A DNA stretch of 64,000 nucleotides, from assembly GCA_010435995.1 (NCBI GenBank), contig JAAGNR010000062.1, positions 12-64,011 on the forward strand, written 5' to 3'. The notes under the pieces were generated by a model. It did not search any database. It was given only the letters and a program-made list of their open reading frames with translations, and had not been told where the DNA came from. Positions 42,652 to 52,805 of the stretch are shown piece by piece; the first letter of the stretch is position 1; every line of letters begins with the position of its first letter. The position numbers and the translations under genes are program-made. This DNA comes from Ferrovum sp. (GTDB lineage: Bacteria; Pseudomonadota; Gammaproteobacteria; Burkholderiales; Ferrovaceae).

Positions 42652-43670
42652 ACCGTTTCTTCCACCCCCTCCACTGCTTTTTGCAAGCCACTGGCAGCTC
42701 GAATACGAGCTTCAATTTCCTGCACCAAGTTGGGATGTTCTCGTAGATAAATGCGGGTATTGTCCTTTCCCTGACCGATTTTATCGCCATTGTAGGCATA
42801 CCATGCACCCGCCTTTTCAATGATCTTGGCCGTCACCCCCAATTCGATGATTTCACCCTCACGGGAAATTCCTTCGCCGTACAGAATATCAAAATCTGCC
42901 ACTTTAAAAGGAGGAGCCACTTTGTTTTTAACCACCTTGACCCGGGTCTCGCTGCCAATCACCTCATCACCTCGTTTGATCGAACCAACCCGACGAATAT
43001 CCAGACGAACCGAAGCATAAAACTTGAGGGCATTGCCGCCGGTGGTGGTTTCCGGATTACCGAACATCACCCCGATTTTGAGACGGATCTGGTTGATGAA
43101 GACCACCAGTGCATTGGAGCGTTTGATATTTCCCGTCAATTTACGCAACGCCTGAGACATGAGTCGGGCATGGAGACCCACATGGGAATCGCCCATCTCC
43201 CCCTCGATTTCCGCCCGAGGTGTCAACGCTGCGACGGAATCCACCACCACGATATCCACCGAGCCAGAACGCACCAACATGTCGGCAATCTCCAGCGCCT
43301 GCTCCCCAGTATCGGGTTGAGAAATCAGCAAGTCAGACACATTGACTCCCAATTTTTGGGCATAGCCGGGGTCGAGAGCATGCTCGGCATCGATGAACGC
43401 AGCCACGCCACCTTTCTTCTGCATCTCGGCAATGATCTGTAACGTCAACGTGGTTTTCCCGGAGGATTCGGGGCCATAGATTTCCACAATCCGTCCGCGC
43501 GGCAACCCCCCCACCCCCAAAGCCATATCGAGGCCCAGAGACCCAGTGGAGACCACCTCCAGATCCTTTTCCACAGCAGTCGCCCCAAGCCGCATCACGG
43601 CTCCCTTGCCAAACTGCTTTTCGATCTGGGCCAACGCCGCAACCAGTGCCTTGTTTTTATGATCTTCCAT
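42648..43670 (-). CDS. recA: Recombinase A
   Basis: [39 protein letters not shown]. Confidence 0.99.
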   Translation of the reverse strand: MEDHKNKALVAALAQIEKQFGKGAVMRLGATAVEKDLEVVSTGSLGLDMALGVGGLPRGRIVEIYGPESSGKTTLTLQIIAEMQKKGGVAAFIDAEHALDPGYAQKLGVNVSDLLISQPDTGEQALEIADMLVRSGSVDIVVVDSVAALTPRAEIEGEMGDSHVGLHARLMSQALRKLTGNIKRSNALVVFINQIRLKIGVMFGNPETTTGGNALKFYASVRLDIRRVGSIKRGDEVIGSETRVKVVKNKVAPPFKVADFDILYGEGISREGEIIELGVTAKIIEKAGAWYAYNGDKIGQGKDNTRIYLREHPNLVQEIEARIRAASGLQKAVEGVEETV

Positions 43671-43832
43671 ACCTCACCACCCTTTTTTCAATTGATCCCT
43701 GACCTTCTCGCAGCCAAATTCAGGCTATATGCACTGCCACTCAGGTTCAGTATGCCCTGGCACTTTTTCTCCAACCACCCGAGAACAGGCATCTCTTTGT
43801 GGAATAATCTTTTCCTTACGAAAACCCGACAC

Positions 43833-43848
43833 CTGTAATTATATACAG
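43833..43848 (-). promoter_or_regulatory. LexA SOS box upstream of recA
   Basis: CTGTAATTATATACAG = CTG-N10-CAG. Confidence 0.85.
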
Positions 43849-43885
43849 TATTTATCTGTCGTCAATCCCGCACTGATCTGCCCCC

Positions 43886-44437
43886 TCAAACAATCACACT
43901 TTCCTCGCTCCACGCCATCACACCGCGCAATCCGGATTCAATAGCAGCGCGACGAATGGCCCGGCGATCCCCCGCAAACCACTGGGTCGTCACCCGTAGC
44001 GCGGTGGCGCGCACGCCCCAAGCAAGGCACACCGTCCCCACAGGCTTGCCTTCCGTTCCCCCCGCAGGACCCGCGACCCCGCTAACAGCCACCACGATAT
44101 CTGCCTGGCTACGCAAGAGCCCTCCTTCCACCATAGAAAGCACCACTGGCTCACTCACCGCACCAAACTCTTCGATGAGGCCTGCTGGCACCCCGAGAAG
44201 GGATTCCTTGCTGTGATTGCTGTAAGTCACCCAGGCACGGTCAAACCAGGCAGAACTCCCTGGGATTTCCGTGATCAATGCTGCCATTCCTCCGCCCGTA
44301 CAGGATTCTGCAGTGGCCAGTTTCCACCCCCGTCGCTTCAGCCCGACTCCCACCTGCTGCACCAGTACCAGGAGATCCCCGCAAGACTCCCTGCCTTCCA
44401 ACAACAAGTGGTTATTGGTTGCTTCAGAAGGTTCCAT
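43886..44437 (-). CDS. pncC: CinA/PncC nicotinamide-nucleotide amidohydrolase family
   Basis: TAESCTGG, GSS.WF, YSN.SK, GAVS, SGVAGP.GG...KPVGTV. Confidence 0.88.
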   Translation of the reverse strand: MEPSEATNNHLLLEGRESCGDLLVLVQQVGVGLKRRGWKLATAESCTGGGMAALITEIPGSSAWFDRAWVTYSNHSKESLLGVPAGLIEEFGAVSEPVVLSMVEGGLLRSQADIVVAVSGVAGPAGGTEGKPVGTVCLAWGVRATALRVTTQWFAGDRRAIRRAAIESGLRGVMAWSEESVIV

Positions 44438-44912
44438 TCCACACCCCACGCACATGCCATAAAATCCACGAGGCTATGACCGCTGCCAGCCCATCGTCCA
44501 GCATGATTCCCCAGCCCCCTTTGACCCGTTCATCGACCCAGCGAATGGGAATCGGTTTCCAGATATCCAGCAGACGAAAAAGCCCAAACCCCAAGGCCCA
44601 TCCAGCCCAAGTAGGAGGAGCCACGGCCAACACTGCCGCACAGGACACCACCTCATCCCACACCACGGCACTGGGATCCTGATCCCCCAAGGCTTCAGCT
44701 GTTGCCCCACAAACCCAGATTCCCAGCAGGAATAGCGCCAGTAGAAGCCCCCATTGTAAAGCGAACGGCAGGGGGCGCAACAGAAAGAACAGGGGAATCC
44801 CCAACAAACTTCCCACGGTCCCTGGTGCCCATGGGGACAATCCGGTACCAAATCCCAGCGCAATCCAGTGCGTCATATCCTGCTTCATGAACTCATAGGA
44901 AACCCGCGTCAT
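44424..44912 (-). CDS. pgpA: Phosphatidylglycerophosphatase A
   Basis: GFGTGLSP.APGT, VWDEV, FRLLDIWKP.PI, GIMLDD. Confidence 0.93.
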   Translation of the reverse strand: MTRVSYEFMKQDMTHWIALGFGTGLSPWAPGTVGSLLGIPLFFLLRPLPFALQWGLLLALFLLGIWVCGATAEALGDQDPSAVVWDEVVSCAAVLAVAPPTWAGWALGFGLFRLLDIWKPIPIRWVDERVKGGWGIMLDDGLAAVIASWILWHVRGVWNGTF

Positions 44913-45877
44913 GAAAGCTCCACAAAATGATCGTATCCCTGCCACGGTACCACCACCGCCCGGCCTTGCGCGGTACGCAAAACCCGCTCGGTGGCTACGG
45001 CGCTGATGACTCCGATTCGGGTAACGAGAATTTGCTCTGCAGCTGCCACTGCAACAATATGGTGACGATGTCGTGAAGGAGCCGTAAAGCACAACTCGTA
45101 ATCCTCCCCCCCGTGCAATACCCGTCTCTGCCAGTCGACATCCTCTGGGTTCGAGGGCTGACCTGGAGAAACAGGAATGGCTTCCAGTTCCACTACCGCC
45201 CCCACCGCAGAAGCGTTGAGGATATGCCCCAAGTCCGCCAACAACCCATCGGAGACATCAATGGCCGCATGGGCCAGCCCGCGCAAAGACTGACCTAAGG
45301 TCAGGCGCGGAGTGGGGCGCTCAAAACGATCCAGAGCAATATTTCGAATTTCATCCGTCAGTGTAGGACAACTTCCCCGACACCAATCCAATCCCAACGC
45401 CGCATCCCCCAAGGTACCGGAAACCCAGATATCATCCCCGGCTTGAGCCCCTGAGCGACGCAGTGCCTGTCCCGCAGGCACCTCTCCAATAATGGTGACA
45501 GCCAGGGATAACGGACCGGCCGTGGTATCGCCGCCGATCCAATCTACCCCATGCTCATTCAGCAAACCCTGGAACCCACGACTGAAGGCGTCCAGCCAGG
45601 GCTCGTGTACCTTGGGCAGAGTGATCCCCAACAACACCCAGCGTGGCACTGCGCCCATGGCCGCCATATCCGAGAGGTTGACCGCAGCCGCTTTATATCC
45701 CAATCGTTCAGGATCCATGGCAGAAAAAAAATGATGTTCTGCCACCAGCAAATCCGTGGACAGCGCCAATTCCCATCCGCCCCGAGGAGCAATCAACGCC
45801 GCATCGTCCCCCCCTGCCAATAGGGTATGACGGGTGGGCGGGCTGAAATACCGACGGATCAGATCAAACTCGCTCAC
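44909..45877 (-). CDS. thiL: Thiamine-monophosphate kinase
   Basis: EFDLI, GDDAA, NLSD.AAMG, GGDT, DVSDGL, GEDYEL. Confidence 0.95.
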   Translation of the reverse strand: MSEFDLIRRYFSPPTRHTLLAGGDDAALIAPRGGWELALSTDLLVAEHHFFSAMDPERLGYKAAAVNLSDMAAMGAVPRWVLLGITLPKVHEPWLDAFSRGFQGLLNEHGVDWIGGDTTAGPLSLAVTIIGEVPAGQALRRSGAQAGDDIWVSGTLGDAALGLDWCRGSCPTLTDEIRNIALDRFERPTPRLTLGQSLRGLAHAAIDVSDGLLADLGHILNASAVGAVVELEAIPVSPGQPSNPEDVDWQRRVLHGGEDYELCFTAPSRHRHHIVAVAAAEQILVTRIGVISAVATERVLRTAQGRAVVVPWQGYDHFVELS

Positions 45878-45891
45878 CTCCCCTCCCTCGA

Positions 45892-46338
45892 TCAGGTTTC
45901 TTCCGTTTTAACCGGAGAGCGGCGCCGCTCATGGGGTCGCTCCCGCGAAGCCAAGCGATCAAGTACCCCATTGATATATTTGTGCCCATCCGTAGCGCCA
46001 TAACGCTTGGCCAGATCAATTGCCTCGTTGACGATGACGCGAAAGGGGGTTTCTGGAAAATGGATCAGTTCATAGGCCGCCAACCACAGGATGGCTCGTT
46101 CCACTGGGCTGATTTGTGCCAGCGGACGATCCAGCAAAGACCGCAGATTGTCATCCAGGGTTGTCGCTGATTCCATGACCCCTTCCAGCAAGCGGGAAAA
46201 AAATGCCTGGTCAGCCTGCAGAAAATTGGGCTGCGTGGCCAAATGGCCTATGATGGCAGAGCAGTCCTGCCCCCCCACCTGCCATTGATACAATCCCTGG
46301 ACCACCAGTTCGCGGGAACGCCGCCGCGCCGACTTCAC
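45892..46338 (-). CDS. nusB: Transcription antitermination factor NusB
   Basis: RRRSRE..Q.LYQ, NEAI.LAK, KYINGVLD. Confidence 0.95.
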   Translation of the reverse strand: MKSARRRSRELVVQGLYQWQVGGQDCSAIIGHLATQPNFLQADQAFFSRLLEGVMESATTLDDNLRSLLDRPLAQISPVERAILWLAAYELIHFPETPFRVIVNEAIDLAKRYGATDGHKYINGVLDRLASRERPHERRRSPVKTEET

Positions 46339-46793
46339 AAACCGCCCCGACGAATTTCTTCCAGCAAGCGCACCATCTCAATGGCTGCCAAAGCACAATC
46401 CTGCCCTTTATGTTCCGCACGGGAAAACGCTTGTGCATCGTTTTCCGTCGTCAATATGCCATTGGCAATGGGAATCCCTGTGGCCAGTTGGACTGCCGTG
46501 ATGCCGGCAGCCGATTCATCGGCCACAATCTGAAAGTGATAGGTGTCCCCCCGGACCACACAGCCCAACGCAATGAGGGCATGAAAGCGCCCCGTTTCCG
46601 CCATCACCTTGAGAGCCAAAGGCAACTCCAGCGCGCCGGGGACTCGCACCACCGGAATATCTTCCTGGGCCACGCCGCGACTCATCAGTGCCGCGCCAGT
46701 GGCTGCCAGCAGTTGTTCTCCAATGGCTTCATTGAACCGCGCCAGAGCGATCCCAATGCGCAATCCTGCGCCATTGCTGGCAATATCCGCCAT
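46335..46793 (-). CDS. ribH: 6,7-dimethyl-8-ribityllumazine synthase
   Basis: ARFN, VPGALELP, GCVVRGDTYHF, NGILT; start may be 46829. Confidence 0.95.
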   Translation of the reverse strand: MADIASNGAGLRIGIALARFNEAIGEQLLAATGAALMSRGVAQEDIPVVRVPGALELPLALKVMAETGRFHALIALGCVVRGDTYHFQIVADESAAGITAVQLATGIPIANGILTTENDAQAFSRAEHKGQDCALAAIEMVRLLEEIRRGGL

Positions 46794-46809
46794 GCTGGTA
46801 TTCCAGGGT

Positions 46810-47919
46810 CTATTCGTCGGGTGTGACATAACCGCTGATCTCCAAACCAAAACCCGCCATACTGGGCATTTTTCGTTCTCGTGATAACACTTTCATTTTA
46901 CCGACCCCCATGGCCCGTAAAATTTGTGCGCCCACCCCATGCAAACGCGAATCCCACTTGCGTGGCTGCGCTTGCTCCTTGTCTTTCGCCACCCAAGCAA
47001 TCAAATCCTGAGCGTGATCCTGACCATGCAATAAGACCAACACCCCAGCACCCGCTTGAGCAATTTTTTTCAATGCTGCCTGAATCCCAAATGAGTGACG
47101 CCCACAACCATCATCGAGAACATCCGTCACAGAAAATGGCTCATGCACTCGCACCAGAGTCTCGAGATCCGCATGGATGGTTCCATAAACCAGAGCCAGA
47201 TGGGTACGACTGGCCACCGCATCGTAAAATGCCACCACCTCAAATCGCCCATGAGGCGTATCCAACGGACGTGAAGCCGTGCGCTCCACCAAACACTCCG
47301 TGTGACTGCGATAGCGGATGAGATCCGCAATGGACCCCACCTTCAAACCATGTTCCCGGGCAAAGGGGAGCAAATCCGGCAGGCGCGCCATCTCTCCGTC
47401 TTCCTTGAGAATTTCGCAGATCACCGCCGCCGGCTCAAACCCTGCCAGCTGCGCCAGGTCACATCCGGCTTCGGTATGCCCCGCACGAATCAATACTCCC
47501 CCGCGCCGCGCCATCAGGGGGAAAATATGCCCAGGCTGAACCAGATCGTCGGGCCGCGCAAATCGCGCCACCGCAGCCTGCACGGTACGCGCCCGGTCAG
47601 CTGCTGAAATTCCCGTGGTCACCCCCGTAGCGGCCTCGATGGAGACCGTGAAATTGGTGGTCATGGGAGAACGATTGTCGGTCACCATCAGCGGTAAACT
47701 GAGCTGGCGACAGCGTTGCTCGGTCAAGGTCAGGCAAATCAACCCCCGCCCAAAACGGGCCATGAAGTTGATGGCCTCGGGAGTAACATGATCGGCGGCC
47801 AGAACCAGATCTCCTTCATTTTCCCGATCCTCGTCATCCACCAGAATCACCATACGCCCGGCACGCATTTCGGCGATCAGCGCTTCTGTTGATGCCCAAG
47901 GCCCCATTTCCTGCGTCAT
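46810..47919 (-). CDS. ribB: DHBP synthase fused to degenerate GTP cyclohydrolase II (RibBX)
   Basis: [29 protein letters not shown]; the C-terminal domain lacks the CxGD/RCDC Zn ligands. Confidence 0.9.
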   Translation of the reverse strand: MTQEMGPWASTEALIAEMRAGRMVILVDDEDRENEGDLVLAADHVTPEAINFMARFGRGLICLTLTEQRCRQLSLPLMVTDNRSPMTTNFTVSIEAATGVTTGISAADRARTVQAAVARFARPDDLVQPGHIFPLMARRGGVLIRAGHTEAGCDLAQLAGFEPAAVICEILKEDGEMARLPDLLPFAREHGLKVGSIADLIRYRSHTECLVERTASRPLDTPHGRFEVVAFYDAVASRTHLALVYGTIHADLETLVRVHEPFSVTDVLDDGCGRHSFGIQAALKKIAQAGAGVLVLLHGQDHAQDLIAWVAKDKEQAQPRKWDSRLHGVGAQILRAMGVGKMKVLSRERKMPSMAGFGLEISGYVTPDE

Positions 47920-47978
47920 TACTCTGCCTCCCCTTGAAACCCCCCATTTTACTCCAGTTTCCCCGACTTTCGCTCCCT

Positions 47979-48581
47979 TTACTCCCCATGAGTGGCAGAC
48001 CATTGACGCGATCGTTCTGCATAGCGCGCCAGCACATCCACTTCCAGGTTCACTCCCTGTCCTTCCACCAGTTCACCCAAAGTGGTGACCTGCTGGGTAT
48101 GGGGGATTAAGTTGACCGTAAAGCAGGCATCCTCCACGGCATTCACCGTCAAACTCACCCCCTGAACGGTAACCGATCCTTTGGTGGCAATGTACCGCGG
48201 CAAATCCCCTGGAGCATCCACTTGCAAAGTCAGACTTTCTCCACAGGGAACACAACGCCGCACCCTTCCCACCCCATCCACATGACCGGTCACCAGATGA
48301 CCTCCCAAAGCATCGCATAAACGCAAAGCCCGTTCCAGATTCACCCGCTGGCCCAACTGCCACCCTGTAGTCCCCGTCAAGGTCACGCGCGAAACCACTG
48401 CCGAGAATTGCCGCGAAGCCAACGCTATGACCGTCAGGCAGACACCATTGACCGCAATGGAATCGCCCACAACCACGCCTTCAAGCCCGAGTTCAGCCGT
48501 ATCAAAAGACAGCTGAACCCCATCCTCCAAAGAAACCTCTTGAACAATTTGGCCAACCGCCTGAACAATCCCCGTAAACAT
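47979..48581 (-). CDS. ribE: Riboflavin synthase
   Basis: MFTGIV, GDSIAVNGVCLT, NLERAL, GGHLVTGHVDG, GVSLTVN. Confidence 0.95.
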   Translation of the reverse strand: MFTGIVQAVGQIVQEVSLEDGVQLSFDTAELGLEGVVVGDSIAVNGVCLTVIALASRQFSAVVSRVTLTGTTGWQLGQRVNLERALRLCDALGGHLVTGHVDGVGRVRRCVPCGESLTLQVDAPGDLPRYIATKGSVTVQGVSLTVNAVEDACFTVNLIPHTQQVTTLGELVEGQGVNLEVDVLARYAERSRQWSATHGE

Positions 48582-48583
48582 GC

Positions 48584-49699
48584 TTATTCTCCCTCCGCCA
48601 GGGGTCGCGCCCGAATCATCCAGTCCCCCCCCATGGCACGCCATTCCTCGATATGCAACCGCTTCTGCTGGGCCAAAGACACCAAGGGAAAGCTCCACTG
48701 AACCGCTCCCATCGCCCCTTCTCCCAACAGCGTCGGTGCCACAAAAATAATGAACTCATCCACCAAACCGGCTTCCACCAGCGCCCCAGTCAGCCGCCGC
48801 CCCCCTTCCACCAGTACTTCATTCAGCCCTATTCTCCCCCACTCTGTCACCAGAGCCCCCAGATCCACACGCCCCTCTGCCGAGGGTAAAGAAACCACCC
48901 GCGCCCCCCGTGACGCATAAATTGCGACCTGCTCGGGTTGCGGCGAGTGGGCGCAAAACAGCCAGGTAACCCCCCCTTCGCCCAATAGACGTGCGGTCAA
49001 GGGGGTCTCCAGACGGGGGTCCAGCACCAATCGTTGCGGTTGGCGTGAAGTCTCCACCGCCCGCACCGTCAATGCGGGATCATCTTTTGCCACGGTCCCC
49101 GCGCCCGTCGCCACCGCGCAGGAGCGAGCGCGCCAGCGATGACCTTCGGCCCGCGCTGCCTCACCGGTAATCCACTGACTTATTCCATTGCCCAAGGCCG
49201 TTCGCCCATCCAGACTCATGGCGATTTTAGCGCGTACCCAGGGCCGGCCTCGAGTCATACGCTGAATGAATCCGGGATTGAGAGACGCAGCTTCAACCGC
49301 ACATACCCCTGTTTCCACCACAATGCCCGCATGCCGCAAACGCGCCACACCTTGCCCCGCTACCAGCGGGTTAGGATCTTCCATGGCGACCACCACCCGC
49401 GCCACACCCGCAGCAATGAGCGCATCGGCGCAAGGTGGCGTGCGTCCCGTATGACTGCAAGGCTCCAAGGTCACATAAGCCGTGGCGCCTTGAGCCCGCG
49501 CCCCCGCCTGACGCAATGCATAAACTTCCGCATGGGGTTCTCCCGCACGCTCATGCCAACCCTCACCCACGATCTGCCCCGACTGCACGATCACACAACC
49601 CACCCGCGGATTGGGTGACGTGGTATACAACCCTTTTCCGGCCAAGGTCAGGGCGCGACGCATGAGATCAACCTGACCATCGAGGGCTTCAGAGGTCAC
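48584..49699 (-). CDS. ribD: Riboflavin deaminase/reductase
   Basis: NPRVGCV, HAE, LEPCSH.GRTPPC, SLDGRTA, EGG. Confidence 0.96.
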   Translation of the reverse strand: MTSEALDGQVDLMRRALTLAGKGLYTTSPNPRVGCVIVQSGQIVGEGWHERAGEPHAEVYALRQAGARAQGATAYVTLEPCSHTGRTPPCADALIAAGVARVVVAMEDPNPLVAGQGVARLRHAGIVVETGVCAVEAASLNPGFIQRMTRGRPWVRAKIAMSLDGRTALGNGISQWITGEAARAEGHRWRARSCAVATGAGTVAKDDPALTVRAVETSRQPQRLVLDPRLETPLTARLLGEGGVTWLFCAHSPQPEQVAIYASRGARVVSLPSAEGRVDLGALVTEWGRIGLNEVLVEGGRRLTGALVEAGLVDEFIIFVAPTLLGEGAMGAVQWSFPLVSLAQQKRLHIEEWRAMGGDWMIRARPLAEGE

Positions 49700-50132
49700 G
49701 AATCACATCCCGAAAATCATCCAGATCCTGAAAACTGCGATACACCGAAGCGAAGCGCACATACGCCACCTTATCGAGATGGCGCAGTTCCTCCATGACC
49801 ATTTCCCCCACCCGCAACGAGGAGATTTCGCGTTCTCCTAACGCCAAAACATGCTGGCGCATACGCTCGATAGCTGCATCGATCCGTTCTGCTGGGACCG
49901 GTCTTTTATGCAAGGCACGCATAAAACTGACGCGCACCTTGTCCGCCGAGTAGTCCTCCCGCAACCCATTCTGCTTGATCACCTGGGGCAACCGGATATC
50001 CACCATCTCATAGGTGGTAAAACGACGATTACACTGCAAGCAACGTCGTCGACGGCGAATACTTTCCCCGGTTTCTGCCACTCTGGAGTCGATGACCTGC
50101 GAATTCATGTCGCCACAAAACGGACATTTCAT
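49689..50132 (-). CDS. nrdR: Transcriptional repressor NrdR
   Basis: MKCPFC, RRRR.C..C..RFTTYE, ATP-cone, AYVRFASVY. Confidence 0.97.
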   Translation of the reverse strand: MKCPFCGDMNSQVIDSRVAETGESIRRRRRCLQCNRRFTTYEMVDIRLPQVIKQNGLREDYSADKVRVSFMRALHKRPVPAERIDAAIERMRQHVLALGEREISSLRVGEMVMEELRHLDKVAYVRFASVYRSFQDLDDFRDVIRDL

Positions 50133-50140
50133 GCCGCCTC

Positions 50141-51487
50141 CTACTCTCCAGCTACCGTCATCTCACCCACCAGAATCGAACCGCTGACCTTGGACCCGCG
50201 CACCACCGCATCGTCCCCCACGGCCCGGATATTCCGATACATTTCTTTAAGATTGCCGGCAATGGTAATTTCATGCACTGGATACTGAATCTTGCCCTGT
50301 TCCACCCAAAACCCTGCAGCCCCACGGGAATAATCCCCCGTTACCCCATTGACTCCATGCCCCAGAAGCTCTGTCACCAGCAGGCCAGTATCCATCTCTT
50401 TGAGCAAATCGTCGAAATTGCCGCCAAAAGAGGACATCACCAAATTATGATTCCCCCCCGCATTTCCGGTTGACACCAATCCCAGTTTGCGCGCGGAATA
50501 ACTGCCCAGGAAATACCCCTGAACCACGCCACTCTCTACGACCACGCGAGGTTTCGTGGCCACCCCTTCGTCATCGAAGGGCGTACTGGCAAGCCCCCCG
50601 ATCTGATGGGGCTCCTCACGCAAAGTCACCTGGGGTGAGAACACCTCCTGACCCAGGCAATCCTGCAAAAAACTGGTGCGACGATAAAGCGACCCGCCGC
50701 TCACCGCCCCCACAAAATGACCGATCAACCCTGACGCCAAGGGCGCCTCGAACAGTACTGGCGCTTGTCGCGTGGTCATACGCCGTGCCTTGAGACGGCG
50801 CAAGGTACGTTCTGCAGCCAAACGCCCCACCCTCTCAGGTTCTTCCAATCGTTGCGCATCACGGGCCGTGCTGTACCAGTAATCCCGCTGCATGTTCTGC
50901 TCCTTGCCGGCAATGACAGCACAACTCAAGCCATGACTGGACGCCGCAAATCCGCCCAGGAAACCCAGAGAGTTGCCATAGCAGAAGTGAGAATTCTGGG
51001 TATTCACCGTAGCCCCTTCCGAATTGGTCACACGCCGATCCAGTCCCATGGCTGCCGCCTCACAGCGCCGAGCCCAGTCAACCCCCTGTTCCACGCTCAA
51101 ATCCCACGGATGAAACAACCCCAGATCCGGCCAGGGCGCATGGGCCAGGAGTTGGGGATCAGCCAATCCGGCAAAAGGATCCGCTGCCGTATGACGCGCG
51201 ATGGCGACAGCCTTCTCTACGGTACTGCGCAACGCAACAGCAGAAAAATCCGAAGTGCTGGCATGCCCTCGGTGCTGCCCAAAATACACGGTGATACCCA
51301 GATCCTTATCACGGTTGTATTCGATGGTTTCGATTTCATCCAAACGGACCGTAACGCCCAACCCGGCGCCTTCGCTAATTTCCACTTCAGCTGCGGTGGC
51401 TCCAGCACGCTGCGCCAATTCCAGCGTCTGTTGCACCAAGGATTGAAAAATTTCGGGAGTATAGTGAAAATGTGACTGATTCGACAC
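50141..51487 (-). CDS. pmbA: Metalloprotease PmbA (TldE)
   Basis: [41 protein letters not shown]; start uncertain. Confidence 0.93.
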   Translation of the reverse strand: MSNQSHFHYTPEIFQSLVQQTLELAQRAGATAAEVEISEGAGLGVTVRLDEIETIEYNRDKDLGITVYFGQHRGHASTSDFSAVALRSTVEKAVAIARHTAADPFAGLADPQLLAHAPWPDLGLFHPWDLSVEQGVDWARRCEAAAMGLDRRVTNSEGATVNTQNSHFCYGNSLGFLGGFAASSHGLSCAVIAGKEQNMQRDYWYSTARDAQRLEEPERVGRLAAERTLRRLKARRMTTRQAPVLFEAPLASGLIGHFVGAVSGGSLYRRTSFLQDCLGQEVFSPQVTLREEPHQIGGLASTPFDDEGVATKPRVVVESGVVQGYFLGSYSARKLGLVSTGNAGGNHNLVMSSFGGNFDDLLKEMDTGLLVTELLGHGVNGVTGDYSRGAAGFWVEQGKIQYPVHEITIAGNLKEMYRNIRAVGDDAVVRGSKVSGSILVGEMTVAGE

Positions 51488-51551
51488 GACGATATTTCCT
51501 GAGATGACAATTCCAGTATCATAGCAACATTGACCAGACTCTTGGAAAACC

Positions 51552-52073
51552 GTGCTTTCTGAAGACCCCCCCAGCAAATCCCAGCGTAAACGCGAAATGC
51601 ATGCCCTGCAAGATCTGGGCAGCGCACTGGTGGCGTTGAGCCCCGCTCAAATTCGCCAATTGAACCTACCCGACCTGTTGGGTCAGGCGCTTTTGGACGC
51701 CAAATCCCTCAGGGCTCATGGTGCCGTGCGCCGCCAGATGCAATATATCGGCAAACTGATGCGCAACGTCGACCCCGCCCCCATTCAGGAATTTCTTGAC
51801 CGTCTGGCGGGGACTTCTCAGGAAGCTACCGCAGCTTTGCACCGGACGGAACGTTGGCGCGAACGCCTCATGACGGATGTGACGGCTGTCGACGACTTTG
51901 CCAGAGAATTTCCGACCGTTGATCGCCAGCAGTTGCGCCAACTGGTATTGGCAGCACAGAAGGAAAAAACATTGGGCAAACCCCCGCGCCAATATCGCGC
52001 ACTGTTTCGCACCTTGATTCCCTTTCTCGACCCCCATGCTCCTGGACAAGCCCATCATGATGACGATGCCTGA
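51552..52073 (+). CDS. yjgA: Ribosome biogenesis factor YjgA (DarP)
   Basis: SKSQRKRE, RRQ.QYIGKLMR, E.WR.RL, RQL; divergent from pmbA. Confidence 0.92.
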   Translation: MLSEDPPSKSQRKREMHALQDLGSALVALSPAQIRQLNLPDLLGQALLDAKSLRAHGAVRRQMQYIGKLMRNVDPAPIQEFLDRLAGTSQEATAALHRTERWRERLMTDVTAVDDFAREFPTVDRQQLRQLVLAAQKEKTLGKPPRQYRALFRTLIPFLDPHAPGQAHHDDDA

Positions 52074-52746
52074 TACTTTTTGGGACACCCCTCCCATCGT
52101 CTTGAACCCCCGTCACCCCGCTCGCGCCACGGTCCTGTGGTTACACGGCCTAGGCGCAGATGGCGAGGATTTTGTCGGAGTTGCTGAAAGCCTACAGCTG
52201 GCCGATGACCTAAGTGTGCGCCACATTCTTCCCCATGCTCCACGTCGCCCAGTCACCGTCAACCAGGGGCTGATGATGCGCGCCTGGTATGATATTGCCC
52301 TGGATGGCCCCCGCTGGGTGCCCAATGATGACGATCTGCGACAATCGGTTCAGGCCGTCAACCTGTTGATCGACCAGGAGATTGCCCAAGGAATCTCCCC
52401 TGAAAAAATCTTTATTGCGGGATTTTCGCAAGGAGGAGCCGTCGCGTTGACAGCGGGCACCCGTTACGCTTCACCCCTCGGAGGCATTCTCGCGCTCTCC
52501 ACATATTTGCCCCTTCCTCATGAATTACTTCCCCCTCCCCAGAGCAACCCGCGCAACCCAGATATTTTCATGGGTCACGGAGTGAGCGACCCAGTCATCC
52601 CCTACGCTCGCGGCGAAGCGTCGCGTCAGTCCCTGATGAACCAAGGCTATGCGGTCGAATGGCACAGTTATCCCATGGCCCATAGCGTCTGTCTTGATGA
52701 AATTCATGATATGGCCCAGTGGTTCGGCGCCCGTCTCTCCAAATAA
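52066..52746 (+). CDS. Carboxylesterase/phospholipase (Abhydrolase_2)
   Basis: LHGLGADG, RAWYD, GFSQGG, HG..DPV, MAHSV. Confidence 0.9.
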   Translation: MPDTFWDTPPIVLNPRHPARATVLWLHGLGADGEDFVGVAESLQLADDLSVRHILPHAPRRPVTVNQGLMMRAWYDIALDGPRWVPNDDDLRQSVQAVNLLIDQEIAQGISPEKIFIAGFSQGGAVALTAGTRYASPLGGILALSTYLPLPHELLPPPQSNPRNPDIFMGHGVSDPVIPYARGEASRQSLMNQGYAVEWHSYPMAHSVCLDEIHDMAQWFGARLSK

Positions 52747-52805
52747 CGAGTAATCTGCCTTTCTTTTTGTCTGGGAGTGGGGGCGCACAAGCACTACAGT
52801 AGGAC

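Noticed and set aside
47920-50140. FMN riboswitch for the rib operon
   Set aside because: No intergenic space or RFN consensus; the genes are tightly coupled
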